From the IMG/VR virus record IMGVR_UViG_3300025674_007777, positions 1 to 64,000 of that record: 64,000 nucleotides of DNA, one strand, 5' to 3'. Source of the DNA: a virus. The translations under genes were made by a program, and so were the position numbers. Below the pieces are notes generated by a model. It ran no database searches. It was not told the DNA's origin and was given only the letters and a program-made list of their open reading frames with translations. Shown piece after piece: positions 17,955 through 28,745 of this stretch (its first letter is position 1; the number at the start of each line of letters is the position of its first letter).

Positions 17955-18829
17955 AATCTTGTTTTTACATTTGTACCGTGAATTGGTTTAACGAAGGTAT
18001 CATTATCATGGTCTGGCAATCTGCCCCATTTTCTTATAAATTTCTGCATATTGATCTGCTCTGCGGTCTGCTGTCTCTGCGACTTTCCTTTGAAATTGTC
18101 TTTTGCTTCGTCTCTGAAGTGACTGCCCCTAGCTGAAAAATGATATACTACTGATTTGCTGGTCATTTTGAATTCATACCCCTCTAACTGCATTCTAATA
18201 AATAAGTCCATGTCTTCCCAGCTGGCTGGAGCGAATAATGGATCATTTCCTCCTATCCATTCATAATCTTCCTTCTTGCAAAAGAAACCTGCACCTCCTC
18301 CTTTTCTAACATCGATATCATTATTGTCACTGAATTCCCGAGCCCAGTCGTCAAAGATATCATTTTCAAAATTATGATGATAGGCACCGAATGCATCTAA
18401 TGGAACAAACACCGTGCCTGGGCGATAATCTGGATCATTAGGAAATATTTTTGGCTGTATTCTAAATGATGAGGCTATGAGTCTAGTATCTCCAATATCA
18501 TCATATAGATTGAGTAACTCCAAATCCTGATTAGGTGCTATCCACATATCTGAATGTATGATATTGACAAATTCTGTCTGGGCTTTATCTACGCAGAAAT
18601 TCATTCCGCCGCCGATGCCTTTTTCCTGTTCATTATGCTCAATGTAATATTCTATATCATATTCATTATCAGCCAGCCATTCATTGGTACCATCTACACA
18701 ATTTTCTGCATAAACTATGATTGGCATATCATTGTAATATGCATTTTGTCGCACAGATTGCACAGCTAGTTTCAAATACTCTAAATTATTATTTGTAGAT
18801 ATGCAAGTTGTTATTTTATGTTGTTCCAT
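17951..18829 (-). CDS. GT2 family glycosyltransferase
   Basis: ENCVDGT, HSDM, GGND...WEDMD; paralogous to the downstream GT2. Confidence 0.88.
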   Translation of the reverse strand: MEQHKITTCISTNNNLEYLKLAVQSVRQNAYYNDMPIIVYAENCVDGTNEWLADNEYDIEYYIEHNEQEKGIGGGMNFCVDKAQTEFVNIIHSDMWIAPNQDLELLNLYDDIGDTRLIASSFRIQPKIFPNDPDYRPGTVFVPLDAFGAYHHNFENDIFDDWAREFSDNNDIDVRKGGGAGFFCKKEDYEWIGGNDPLFAPASWEDMDLFIRMQLEGYEFKMTSKSVVYHFSARGSHFRDEAKDNFKGKSQRQQTAEQINMQKFIRKWGRLPDHDNDTFVKPIHGTNVKTRL

Positions 18830-19749
18830 ACATCTTTCCATGTTAATGCATTATAAGCAGGATTGAATAAGTTATGCGAATTCTTTTCAGACATTTTCCC
18901 TGCTATCTTATACCAGTTATTAGAATTACGACGCTCTCCTAATGTGTCACCATTTTCATCAGCCACATAACAACGCTTCTTAGGATGTTCTCTGTTATGT
19001 ACTAACAAAATATTTTTAATCACATATTGAGGAATGTTTCCTAAAATTTTATTTGTCATATACATGAAAGCCGAATCTTCATGAGTGAAGAATACAGATT
19101 TAGGAATATTCACTCCCGCCTTAATGACTTCAGATGATATGACCAAACCACAACCGTTAAATTTATGAGGTGAGGCGATTCGTACATCCAACTCCTCTAC
19201 ATCATTAATTTTATTCATTTCATCTTTGCTCATAACATATCTAGTGCCCCACCATTTTTTGTTATCCACAGGCTTGTCTGTCATCATAACATGTTCAACC
19301 GGTCTCCAAGAATCATCCCACATCTTACATGTTCCAAAAAATGCTAAATATTTTGGTGATGTAGCTGATTGAGATTGATGCAACATATCCAATACTGAAA
19401 ACATTTGTTTAGGAGCTAACATATCAGATTCTCCCCATATCAGCACATCTACTGAATCGCAATATTTTTCATTGAACTCACGCCGATAATCTGCAATGGT
19501 AACAAGTAATGGTGATAAATTGACTGACCACTCTGCTGGAATAGATTGTTTTATTTTAATTAAACATTCAGCCAATTGTTTTTTACTGATACATTTTTCT
19601 AATTGCTGATTGGAACTTATCCAGAAGTCGACAATGACATCACCATCGTATTCGGTCATTGCATCTTTCAATGAATCAATGTATTCATTAATGATATCAC
19701 ATTCATACCATTGCACTAAACATCCTATGGCAAACTTAGTCTTTGGCAT
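18811..19749 (-). CDS. GT-A fold glycosyltransferase-like protein
   Basis: WGESDM (DxD-like), HEDSAF, LVHN motifs; gene context. Confidence 0.55.
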   Translation of the reverse strand: MPKTKFAIGCLVQWYECDIINEYIDSLKDAMTEYDGDVIVDFWISSNQQLEKCISKKQLAECLIKIKQSIPAEWSVNLSPLLVTIADYRREFNEKYCDSVDVLIWGESDMLAPKQMFSVLDMLHQSQSATSPKYLAFFGTCKMWDDSWRPVEHVMMTDKPVDNKKWWGTRYVMSKDEMNKINDVEELDVRIASPHKFNGCGLVISSEVIKAGVNIPKSVFFTHEDSAFMYMTNKILGNIPQYVIKNILLVHNREHPKKRCYVADENGDTLGERRNSNNWYKIAGKMSEKNSHNLFNPAYNALTWKDVWNNIK

Positions 19750-20518
19750 AATTAGCTTCTTCCTCCCAATTTCTAAAATATGGTAACCATCGTTCCTCTG
19801 CATGACCACAATATGCTGGTATTGAACTTATCAAGCCTTTTCCTTTGCCGGCCAATAATCTGAATGTAGCTCCTCCCATTGGTAATGGTTTACCAGTATG
19901 TAATTGCATCATATCATCTCTGTCTTCTCTGATGTTTTCCGCTGTTGTTGCAAACGTCATTGTTGTGCTACTAGTTAATTTCCAATGACATGATTTGGAT
20001 GCATACACAACGGTATCTTCGCCGTGACAATACACATTGAGTGGTTTGCGAACACCATCATCATCAATGTCTATTTTTCCATGTCCCCACTGAAATCTAC
20101 TATCTTCTTTATCCTGATACTTATCTGGATGATCATATAATGTAGCATATGGAGCTCCTAATGCTTCAAAAGCTTCAATCAAAATGTTCTTAGCGCCGCG
20201 ACAATGTATGTAATCATCTTCTACAAGATACACAATTGTATCTGCTGGCATATCTTTTGTTAGTTCATATGCTTTGTTCCAACTGTATAAGAATGAGCCA
20301 GTGTTTCCATTATTTGTCAATTCTACATTGTCAGAATATCGCTTGACCATATCAAATGTCTCTTGAGATACATTATCACATATGACATGCAGGTTTTCTG
20401 AACCAAATTCTCTTACCAATGTTCGTAGGCAATCTTCTTTACTAGCATATGCTGGTTTAATTTTTTCAGGATTGGAATGATCACTGATTCTGTAAATAGT
20501 AACTATATTCATATTCAT
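19736..20518 (-). CDS. GT-A (GT2-like) glycosyltransferase
   Basis: ICDN, YLVEDDYIH motifs. Confidence 0.7.
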   Translation of the reverse strand: MNMNIVTIYRISDHSNPEKIKPAYASKEDCLRTLVREFGSENLHVICDNVSQETFDMVKRYSDNVELTNNGNTGSFLYSWNKAYELTKDMPADTIVYLVEDDYIHCRGAKNILIEAFEALGAPYATLYDHPDKYQDKEDSRFQWGHGKIDIDDDGVRKPLNVYCHGEDTVVYASKSCHWKLTSSTTMTFATTAENIREDRDDMMQLHTGKPLPMGGATFRLLAGKGKGLISSIPAYCGHAEERWLPYFRNWEEEANYAKD

Positions 20519-21312
20519 ATCTCGTTTATTGTTATTCTTTTAAATCTTTCATCTGCTGGATTTGTGTCTGATAATATTTCAACATCTATTTCTTCTCGAA
20601 CAAACCAGTCATACATTGCTGTCGTGCATTCAATTGTATTTTTCAATTCTGTATAGCTAGGACCTCGGCCTACACTTGCTGTATACAGATCCTGCGAATG
20701 CTGTTCAATCCAATTCGGATCACGATCATTTCCTTGATATCTAGATAAGTCCCCAATATCCCAACCTATTGTGACAATTTTCTTCACACCTAGTAGATAA
20801 CATAATGGAAATCCAGATTCATATAATATACCTGGCCCCCACATAACTCTCGTATCAGTTCCCAACTGTTTCCAATTGTCAAAATTTCTTGTATATGCAG
20901 TAGTACCTTCCAATGTTATCCATGGACCTGAAATGACAGGAAAATAGATATCAATATCATGTTGCCATTCATTAATTATCCTATGCAGTTCATTATCCAT
21001 GTTACTAGCAGTAAGTTGCCAGGATTTTATAGTATGCTCATTGTCATATGTATATGGCTGAAAATTATATGTGGATATCAAATGAAAATCGCATATATCA
21101 CTAAGATAATTGAAAGATTGTTTTGCGCAGATGACTAATTTGTCTTTCAGTTTTGATTTCAGTACTTTCTGATCATGTTTAGTTAGACTAGGGCCACATG
21201 TAACAAGATATGCGACATCACCTTCATATGCGCCGTTCAATAATTCTAAACGTTCTTCTATCGAATCCAACGCATGCATTTGCTGTTTTATCTGACTCGT
21301 CTTCTTTTTCAT
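20515..21312 (-). CDS. Maf/DUF115-like (sialyltransferase-related) protein
   Basis: YLVTCGPSL, ICAKQSF, LLGVKKIVTIGWD motifs. Confidence 0.65.
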   Translation of the reverse strand: MKKKTSQIKQQMHALDSIEERLELLNGAYEGDVAYLVTCGPSLTKHDQKVLKSKLKDKLVICAKQSFNYLSDICDFHLISTYNFQPYTYDNEHTIKSWQLTASNMDNELHRIINEWQHDIDIYFPVISGPWITLEGTTAYTRNFDNWKQLGTDTRVMWGPGILYESGFPLCYLLGVKKIVTIGWDIGDLSRYQGNDRDPNWIEQHSQDLYTASVGRGPSYTELKNTIECTTAMYDWFVREEIDVEILSDTNPADERFKRITINEI

Positions 21313-22022
21313 TTCTGTAATATAACTGTCATTGATGGTTTCTGAATACCAGGTGTTTCAATATTGATATGTTTAAATTTATCAGAAAATAACATTCTCA
21401 TTGATTCTTCAGAAAAATAATGATAATGACCATCCCAGCCGCCATCATTTGGATATCTCAAACGTCTTTTAATAGGAACTTCCAATATCAAATAACGATT
21501 TGTAATTTTATCAACTGTATCAACAAACGCATGCAAGTCTTTGATATGTTCTAAGACATGCCAACATGTTACCAGATCATATGATTTGTTAAAGTCAATA
21601 TCATTAATATCTCCATGATATACATTTTCATAGCCATATTCAATAAGATTGTTAACACAAAGATTGCTAATTTCCTGACAATCAATTTGTAAATGTTTGA
21701 ACCGATCACGAACCATATTGACAAATGATCCTCCGCCGGCTCCAATATCTAACATACTATCACAATCATCGACGATGTTTTTTATAATATTACAACGACT
21801 TTTCATGATATGGTGTCTGACACTATGAAACTTATCAGTAAACTTACCATCTATAACTTCACCAGTCGTTCTATTACCATGCTTATTAGTTCTATATTCA
21901 TTGCGATGATAAGATAAACCATCATCCTGATAATCTACGAATACATGCTTACATGATGGACATTTATACACATCCTTCACAGATGCTTCATGCATTACAG
22001 TGTTACAAATAATACATCGCAT
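21309..22022 (-). CDS. Class I SAM methyltransferase with N-terminal zinc ribbon
   Basis: CIIC...CPSC, LDIGAGGG, YDLVTCWHVLEH, LEVP. Confidence 0.88.
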   Translation of the reverse strand: MRCIICNTVMHEASVKDVYKCPSCKHVFVDYQDDGLSYHRNEYRTNKHGNRTTGEVIDGKFTDKFHSVRHHIMKSRCNIIKNIVDDCDSMLDIGAGGGSFVNMVRDRFKHLQIDCQEISNLCVNNLIEYGYENVYHGDINDIDFNKSYDLVTCWHVLEHIKDLHAFVDTVDKITNRYLILEVPIKRRLRYPNDGGWDGHYHYFSEESMRMLFSDKFKHINIETPGIQKPSMTVILQK

Positions 22023-22025
22023 CCA

Positions 22026-23093
22026 TCAATCCTTACAAGTTGAAATAAAATTTTTCAATGACTCATGCCATTTTTTAATTGATGCATTTCTGATCTTATA
22101 CCATGTTTCGCGGTATGTGGAATCCATTAGCAATCTGAAATGTTTGCCGCGCAATTGATCTAACCAATCTTCGTCATTGATATCAATGTTATAATCTTCA
22201 AATCCATTTCTTAATGAAAAGTCACGCACTTTGTCCTGTGTGCTGAAATATAATCCAGGTATATTCATTCCAATGGAAATTAATTGTCCATGACCCCTGA
22301 ATGCTATTATGGAATCGAAATTCAAATACACTTTAACCAACTCTGATGTATAATCAAATGCCAACATATCAGTCAACTGTCTCGAATCAATGATGAAATT
22401 TGAAAAATATCTAAAATCCTTTGGGGTATGTGGCATTGCCACTAATTTACTATTGTTAGCAAATTCGACAATACTTTTAATGTTTGCTTCGCCATTGAAC
22501 CTATGTTCATTAATATGCTGACTAGTATTGAATGCTGGCTGAATTACATTAGTTTCTAATTGACCATACTTTTCAATCTTAGCATAATCGAAAATCAAGC
22601 CTGGATCTGGAACTTCAATGACTTTATCAGTATGCAATCCGAGATCCTTCAAAATATCAACTGAGCCGTCATTTCTCAATGAAAATTTTGATGACAATTC
22701 AATCATAGATTTCAAAGAAGCCTTTGCTTCATCAGAGAAACCCTCTCTACCTCTGAAATAATTGATACCTAATCCAACAAAATATGTGGGACAGTTCAAT
22801 GATTTCATTATCTCTTCATTGAATGGTAACTTGAAATGGGTTTCATGTTGTTCATATCCTCTATATTCAATCAAGCCGCCTCCGCCGACAACTATGGCAT
22901 CGAAATTATTCTGCTTGAAGAATTCAATAACAAATTTAATATTGTTTTTACGATTCCAGAACATTCCTATGTCTAAAGAATGCCATTCGATATCAGAATA
23001 TTGGGCATCAAATTCTTTTCTCACATTATACAATGCAATGTTATCACCTAAATTTCTGTTATACGATCCTATGTGTGCAAATTTATAACTCAT
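22026..23093 (-). CDS. Polysaccharide pyruvyl transferase family protein
   Basis: NLGD, VGGGGL, SLRNDGS, VPDPG, RGHGQL motifs. Confidence 0.85.
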   Translation of the reverse strand: MSYKFAHIGSYNRNLGDNIALYNVRKEFDAQYSDIEWHSLDIGMFWNRKNNIKFVIEFFKQNNFDAIVVGGGGLIEYRGYEQHETHFKLPFNEEIMKSLNCPTYFVGLGINYFRGREGFSDEAKASLKSMIELSSKFSLRNDGSVDILKDLGLHTDKVIEVPDPGLIFDYAKIEKYGQLETNVIQPAFNTSQHINEHRFNGEANIKSIVEFANNSKLVAMPHTPKDFRYFSNFIIDSRQLTDMLAFDYTSELVKVYLNFDSIIAFRGHGQLISIGMNIPGLYFSTQDKVRDFSLRNGFEDYNIDINDEDWLDQLRGKHFRLLMDSTYRETWYKIRNASIKKWHESLKNFISTCKD

Positions 23094-23103
23094 ATATAAT
23101 CTT

Positions 23104-23940
23104 TTATATTAAAAATGGATTTAGTCTTTTCAAAATTAATCTACTACTGTCTCTAACATAACCTTTTGTGGTCGGATACCTTCTATGAAAACCGCTAGTA
23201 TCTGTTATTATAACAGATCCTTTTTTTCCTGTAATAAGTGTTTCTTTCTGCAATCCATATGACGATAAGTATTTATTTATTTGATTTGTGTCAATACAAT
23301 AATCTTTAGTAGTGGCTAGACGTAAACTATCAGTCCATAAAATATGATTAGAATTTCTAGTTACCTTTTTAAATCTTAAGTTATGACTTCTACGCATCGA
23401 TAGATCGTAAAGCAGTGTCAACTTTTCTTTGGAATTTTTATTGGTCCCTAATACATAAGAATATGGACCATTTTCGAGCTTAACATCGTTATTATAACGG
23501 AATACCTTAAAACAAGGATGAAATGTATCTACATGCATTGTACACTGTATATCATAATCAGATGCAGTATCTATTCTTGTACGATTTACCCATGAGCGTC
23601 CTATATCAAAATTTTCATCAGCTGTAACATATTTCATTATATCTAAAAATGTTTCATGCTTTATTCCAGGTTCCAATACTAAAACACCATCATGTAAAAA
23701 CTTATTAGTATATTCATTTACTTCGAAATTTGCACGTTTATAATCAAATATTTTTTCAGCTAATATGCAACGAAGTAAATGAATACCATCTACATCAAAC
23801 TCAGAAACTACATGCTTACTATTATTATTAAACTCATTTAAATCGTTAGAATCGATAACAGCTTTAATCGATTTACCTGTAATAGAATCAATCAATTGCA
23901 TGTCTTCTTCGGTGATAAATTTTTTAATTAGATCTTTCAT
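23104..23940 (-). CDS. PhyH-like 2OG-Fe(II) dioxygenase
   Basis: MHVDT, ENGPYSYVLG, GSVIITDTSGFHRR. Confidence 0.8.
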   Translation of the reverse strand: MKDLIKKFITEEDMQLIDSITGKSIKAVIDSNDLNEFNNNSKHVVSEFDVDGIHLLRCILAEKIFDYKRANFEVNEYTNKFLHDGVLVLEPGIKHETFLDIMKYVTADENFDIGRSWVNRTRIDTASDYDIQCTMHVDTFHPCFKVFRYNNDVKLENGPYSYVLGTNKNSKEKLTLLYDLSMRRSHNLRFKKVTRNSNHILWTDSLRLATTKDYCIDTNQINKYLSSYGLQKETLITGKKGSVIITDTSGFHRRYPTTKGYVRDSSRLILKRLNPFLI

Positions 23941-24692
23941 TACCAAATAATATTTTTTGAAACAATTATGTCATGAGCATTATTAAATTTACTAATATCG
24001 CCTGATCTGTATGTATGAAAATTTTCAGGTATTAATTGTTTTTCATTGTTACCGATACCCATAACTTGTTTACCAACTAAAAACTTATCTATAATATCCA
24101 AAGCTTCTTTGTTATCAAATCTATTAAATTCAAACATTATAACATAATTGATAAAATTATCTTTTTCATGTATTCTTTGTAATATTGTATGTTCTATACC
24201 TTCTACATCAATTTTCATAACAAATTCAGTGACATTACCAAGCACATCTATTACATCAAATTGCTGAACATCTTGTGTTATTACTCCAGTTTTATTAGTA
24301 ATACAATTTAAATCGATACTACCGTTACCAGAACTTTTTGGTATATATAGTTTAACTGTTTTTGTACAATTTCCTACAGCGACGTTATTTATTTCTACAT
24401 TATTACATCCTTTAACTGTTTCTCGTAAACAATTAAATACACTTTCATTAGGTTCATAAGCTTTTATTTTTTTGGCAACATCCAAAACAGGCACTAAGAA
24501 CTCTCCATAATTTGTTCCTATATCAAATACACTATCTGGACTTAATTTTCTAATAATGTTTTTCCATGTTTTAACTTTGCCTTCTTGTGTACCTTTTCTG
24601 GACTCTACTAATCCAGACCTTGTATCGCTCGTATTAACGTATAATTTATAAGGAATATTGTCGTACTCTACTGTAATAACTTTTCTTGCCAT
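23940..24692 (-). CDS. FkbM family methyltransferase
   Basis: FDIGTNYG, AYEPN, MKIDVEGIE. Confidence 0.88.
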   Translation of the reverse strand: MARKVITVEYDNIPYKLYVNTSDTRSGLVESRKGTQEGKVKTWKNIIRKLSPDSVFDIGTNYGEFLVPVLDVAKKIKAYEPNESVFNCLRETVKGCNNVEINNVAVGNCTKTVKLYIPKSSGNGSIDLNCITNKTGVITQDVQQFDVIDVLGNVTEFVMKIDVEGIEHTILQRIHEKDNFINYVIMFEFNRFDNKEALDIIDKFLVGKQVMGIGNNEKQLIPENFHTYRSGDISKFNNAHDIIVSKNIIW

Positions 24693-25351
24693 AACGTTTC
24701 TGCTACTTTAAATTGCCATTCGTAATCAATGTCAAACGCTTCGAGCTCTGACATCACAAATAATTCTGGCTGAGGTGGGTAATTTGTATCCATCCAATAC
24801 CCATTTTTAATAATGTTCAATGGACTGGCATATAAACAATGCGCCGCTTCAAATATTGGTTCCACAACTTTGGTATTCATTATACTAGCCTGTTTCCAAT
24901 CAGTGATCGGCGATCCGGAACTATCCCAATAATATGTCTTCTTTTCAAATACAGCAAATGCTCCTTGTTTATCAGATTTTGCATAATTTCTTATGAACTC
25001 ATCAATTGTTTCAATTTTTAATAACGGATTACATGCGCTGATTAACACCACGTACTTATATGGTAACTTATCATGCCATTCATAGATAAGCTGTAGATCA
25101 TTATCTTCATTGGCAGATGCTTCACTACGATCAAATACATGAACTCCATGTTTTGCAGCAACATCTTTCAATTCCTGTTCCCATGCTGAAAAGTATACAT
25201 TGTCCATGGATATTATTTGAGATGATTTGAGTTTTTCAAATAATATCTCAGTCAGTGTTGTATCAGCAAATGTTCGTAACATTTTCCTGGGCACTCTCTG
25301 AGAGCCAAGTCTTGCCTGAACAATGATTGCTATGTCATCTAATTTTTTCAT
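24668..25351 (-). CDS. neuA: CMP-nonulosonic acid synthetase (acylneuraminate cytidylyltransferase)
   Basis: IVQARLGSQRVPRKM, CNPLL, DIDYEWQF. Confidence 0.85.
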   Translation of the reverse strand: MKKLDDIAIIVQARLGSQRVPRKMLRTFADTTLTEILFEKLKSSQIISMDNVYFSAWEQELKDVAAKHGVHVFDRSEASANEDNDLQLIYEWHDKLPYKYVVLISACNPLLKIETIDEFIRNYAKSDKQGAFAVFEKKTYYWDSSGSPITDWKQASIMNTKVVEPIFEAAHCLYASPLNIIKNGYWMDTNYPPQPELFVMSELEAFDIDYEWQFKVAETLWQEKLLQ

Positions 25352-25985
25352 ATACCTCTGTACGTAATGGAAAATATTTTTTACTTATTTCTGTGCCACA
25401 ATTATAATCAAATCCTTCGCCTAGATTCTGTAAACAGGAATAATCATCATCTAGATATTGCTCGAAACAGTTCACAAAACCTTCATGATATATTTTATAT
25501 TCTCTGCGAGTATCAGTGTCTTTCAATCCTACATGACCAGTAAAGGCATGTGCGTTACTGAAATCTCTGTTAAATCCATCAACTCCAGCAAAATATATGT
25601 TCTTAGCACCGCACATCAAAGCAAGTTTTACTAATCGAGCAGCTGCGCCGGCAATACTATTAAATGGAATGTCGACCCAAAAAACATCAAACTTTGAACT
25701 GAATTCTTTCAACTCTTTGGAATGAACCTTTTCTCTGTAATGATGTGGCTCGATCAAAATCATAGGATCATCCTTGCGTAGCCTGTCACGAAATGATGTG
25801 TTCTCAATGTCTGTATTGTAACCTATCAATGCTAAATCTATCTTAGTGTCTGATAATCTTTCTGATATATAGAAATCATTACATGTCCAAACATAGTCAT
25901 AGTCTAAATTTTCCCATTTAACATCGAGAGTAGATGTACCAGCACCTAAGATTAAAATATTTTTATTTATGAATTTATCCAGCAT
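25335..25985 (-). CDS. Sialyltransferase-like protein (GT42/Cst-II or Maf-related fold)
   Basis: ILILGAGTS, YDYVWTCNDFY, CGAKNIYFAGVDG. Confidence 0.65.
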   Translation of the reverse strand: MLDKFINKNILILGAGTSTLDVKWENLDYDYVWTCNDFYISERLSDTKIDLALIGYNTDIENTSFRDRLRKDDPMILIEPHHYREKVHSKELKEFSSKFDVFWVDIPFNSIAGAAARLVKLALMCGAKNIYFAGVDGFNRDFSNAHAFTGHVGLKDTDTRREYKIYHEGFVNCFEQYLDDDYSCLQNLGEGFDYNCGTEISKKYFPLRTEVYEKIR

Positions 25986-26823
25986 TTTTAATAGCTTCCA
26001 GCTCTTTCCAATTCATTTGCGGTACAATACCATTCACTCCCATCAAGTTACCATATAATTGAGTACGCTGATATTTGTTATGATCATACTGCATTTTTAC
26101 TGCATGCAATGTATCAATATCCGGAGCAAAAAGTACTATTGAATTGTTTTTATTACAAACGACCTCTGATTCGCACCAATCCCATGGTATCCAGCATCTG
26201 TTCTTAGATAAATGTGTTTTCCAATATTCAGGAATGAATTTCCATTCATCTTTAAATTTCAAAAGATGTGTATGAACATCATCATTATCTACATCAGAAT
26301 TTTTATTAATGTTGAGCAGGTACGTCAATGCCTTTTCTCGCACATCTGGATGTGGACTTATCTCATAATGTGACAAGTTCTTCTGAATGGCCGTGATGAT
26401 TCTTGTTTCTGCAGTAATATTGAATTTAGTTGTCAATGCTGCCTTGAACTCAGCCCCATTCAAATAATTCACCAATTCCTGAATAAATGGATTATCATAT
26501 TTTTGCAATCTGAATGTGATACCGAAACTTTCAACTGGATTGCCTTTGCGTCCGGTCGGAAAATCATTATTATTGTATCTTCTGATATATTCATATACAT
26601 CTGTGATACAACCTGGAAACTTCTGCACGGCATAATTCTTTTGATAAAGTTTAGAGATGAGTTCTTCGGTATTTTTTGTCTCATCCCAATGAATCTGTTG
26701 ATCATTTAGAATTTGCTCTAGATGTTCTTCACTTAAGAAGTCTTCGATTAGTAAATGCTTAAACGGTGCATCCGCAAATTCAGCATTCAATATCTTTTCT
26801 GATAAGTATTTAAAATCGTTCAT
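25975..26823 (-). CDS. 2OG-Fe(II) oxygenase
   Basis: PFKHLLIEDFL, ISPHPD..EK.LTYL, TLHAV, R. Confidence 0.8.
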   Translation of the reverse strand: MNDFKYLSEKILNAEFADAPFKHLLIEDFLSEEHLEQILNDQQIHWDETKNTEELISKLYQKNYAVQKFPGCITDVYEYIRRYNNNDFPTGRKGNPVESFGITFRLQKYDNPFIQELVNYLNGAEFKAALTTKFNITAETRIITAIQKNLSHYEISPHPDVREKALTYLLNINKNSDVDNDDVHTHLLKFKDEWKFIPEYWKTHLSKNRCWIPWDWCESEVVCNKNNSIVLFAPDIDTLHAVKMQYDHNKYQRTQLYGNLMGVNGIVPQMNWKELEAIKNAG

Positions 26824-26824
26824 A

Positions 26825-27676
26825 TTATCCTCTCAATTTTTTCCTAACAGGTATTTCTGATTCAGTCACAGTTATGATACCATCTCCGTATGCCTTTTCC
26901 AATTCTCTGATACCTGATACTAATTTAAATAATCCTTGCGGCTCCACTGATGCCATATGATCCGAACCTTCCATGGTTCTGTCCAAAGTGATGTGACGTT
27001 CAATTATAGTAGCTCCTAGATATATGGCTGCTACTGATGTTCCTAATCTGAATTCATGGCCCGAATATCCAATTTCAAAATCAGGATACATTTCTGTCAA
27101 TGTTTTTATGCCGGACAAATTTAACTCTTCGATCGGAGCTGGATATGTGGAATTGCAATGCAATAATCCTATTTCATGCTCATTATTAAACTCATCTTTC
27201 GCTTCACGTAATACATGTACAGCTTCATGAATTTCTTGCTGGGTAGACATTCCCGTTGAAAATATTACACGCTTTCCGGTTGCTACACATGCACGGAGCA
27301 ACTCATGATTTGTTAACATGGCTGATGGTAGTTTGATAAATGGTATATCATACTGACTTAGAAAGTTCAATGAATCCATATCCCATGGTGATGCTGACCA
27401 ATCAATTCCTTGCTGTTTACAATAAGCATCAATTTCATCATATTCTGCCTTTCCAAATTCCACTTTGTATTTGTATTCGAGATATGTCATATCTTCGCCC
27501 TGCCAACTCCTAGGCTTACTTTTCTGATCTTCAGGTACACATACATCTGGATTTCTCTTCTGGAACTTCACAGCATCACAACCAGCAGCTGCTGCAATAT
27601 CAATTAAACGTTTTGCAATGTTAATATCACCTTGATGATTGATACCTATTTCGCCTATGATATATGTCTTTTTCAT
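26825..27676 (-). CDS. neuB: Nonulosonic acid (N-acetylneuraminate/Kdn-type) synthase, short form without C-terminal AFP-like domain
   Basis: IIGEIGINHQG, AVKFQKR, STGMS, LHCNSTYP, GYSGHE, IERHITLD, GSDH. Confidence 0.93.
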   Translation of the reverse strand: MKKTYIIGEIGINHQGDINIAKRLIDIAAAAGCDAVKFQKRNPDVCVPEDQKSKPRSWQGEDMTYLEYKYKVEFGKAEYDEIDAYCKQQGIDWSASPWDMDSLNFLSQYDIPFIKLPSAMLTNHELLRACVATGKRVIFSTGMSTQQEIHEAVHVLREAKDEFNNEHEIGLLHCNSTYPAPIEELNLSGIKTLTEMYPDFEIGYSGHEFRLGTSVAAIYLGATIIERHITLDRTMEGSDHMASVEPQGLFKLVSGIRELEKAYGDGIITVTESEIPVRKKLRG

Positions 27677-28455
27677 TAGTTATTTTTTATATGATTTTTA
27701 CTGTAAATGTCGTGTTTATGCTTATCGCCTGGCAATAAGAATGATAAATGCATGCAATGTCTATAACCTGCTTTTGGTAAATTGGCTCTATGCAATATAT
27801 GACTATTAAAACTAGCACATGTGCCAGACTTTCCTATCACTTCATGACCTTCAATTGAATCAGCTTTATATCGCTTTCCTTCTTCGTGTAGTACACATTT
27901 TTCGTCAATCATTTTAGGTGACATGATAGGATCTGCTATCATTAGACCTCCCTGATCAATATCGATATCATTGAGATATACCAATAATTTGTAATTGTTC
28001 AGTTCAAATGATTTGTCTGTATGCCATAATGCACTGTAAAATATACTATGCTCATAATCAAATGGCATATCATCTTCCAGTACTGGTTCAATCTCTCCGA
28101 ATCTACATCGTTTTAAATGTATATCATCTACATACTGATTAGGACCTATGCATTCAAATTTTATTTCATTCACAGATAATTCTGACAATCCCAGATAATC
28201 AATCACATCGTTCTTAAATGAATCTGCTAATTCTGGCGGTAGATTATTCATGATATAATCGGTAGAATTTGTTCCACTGATACCAAATACCCACCGATAA
28301 TCAATATCATTGAATGAGTGGCTAGCTTCTAATTTATCATTATCTAAAAGCCAATTCATAATATCAATACCAGCATTAGCTAATTTTGTATCCAATGAAA
28401 CATTATATGATTCAGAATCTATGGGAACAATAGATTTTAATTTATCATTGATCAT
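27676..28455 (-). CDS. PhyH-like 2OG-Fe(II) dioxygenase
   Basis: LWHTD, KLLVYLND, GKSGT..FNSHILHRA. Confidence 0.75.
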   Translation of the reverse strand: MINDKLKSIVPIDSESYNVSLDTKLANAGIDIMNWLLDNDKLEASHSFNDIDYRWVFGISGTNSTDYIMNNLPPELADSFKNDVIDYLGLSELSVNEIKFECIGPNQYVDDIHLKRCRFGEIEPVLEDDMPFDYEHSIFYSALWHTDKSFELNNYKLLVYLNDIDIDQGGLMIADPIMSPKMIDEKCVLHEEGKRYKADSIEGHEVIGKSGTCASFNSHILHRANLPKAGYRHCMHLSFLLPGDKHKHDIYSKNHIKNN

Positions 28456-28745
28456 ATCTCTTCAATCCTTTTAGTTTTATCACAAATTAACAAATCATAT
28501 GCAGGCTTCTCACCTGTAATTAATTTTTGATATTTACATCCCCAACTATCTAACTGTCGCTTTGTTACATCGTACCAGTCAATACCAGTAACAGAGCCTC
28601 GAGCTGTCCAGTAGGTAATGGTATTACCTTCATCATATAATATATTAATTTTTTTGATATTTTCCAAATTTGGCTCGGCTTTTTTATAGTCTCGATCGCC
28701 AGAATAGAAACATATCGTTTCGTCAATGTCAACGTAAATGTTCAT
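28452..28745 (-). CDS. Small capless HAD phosphatase (capsule-biosynthesis type)
   Basis: YVDIDETI, YWTARG, GEKP.YD..ICDK. Confidence 0.85.
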   Translation of the reverse strand: MNIYVDIDETICFYSGDRDYKKAEPNLENIKKINILYDEGNTITYWTARGSVTGIDWYDVTKRQLDSWGCKYQKLITGEKPAYDLLICDKTKRIEEI

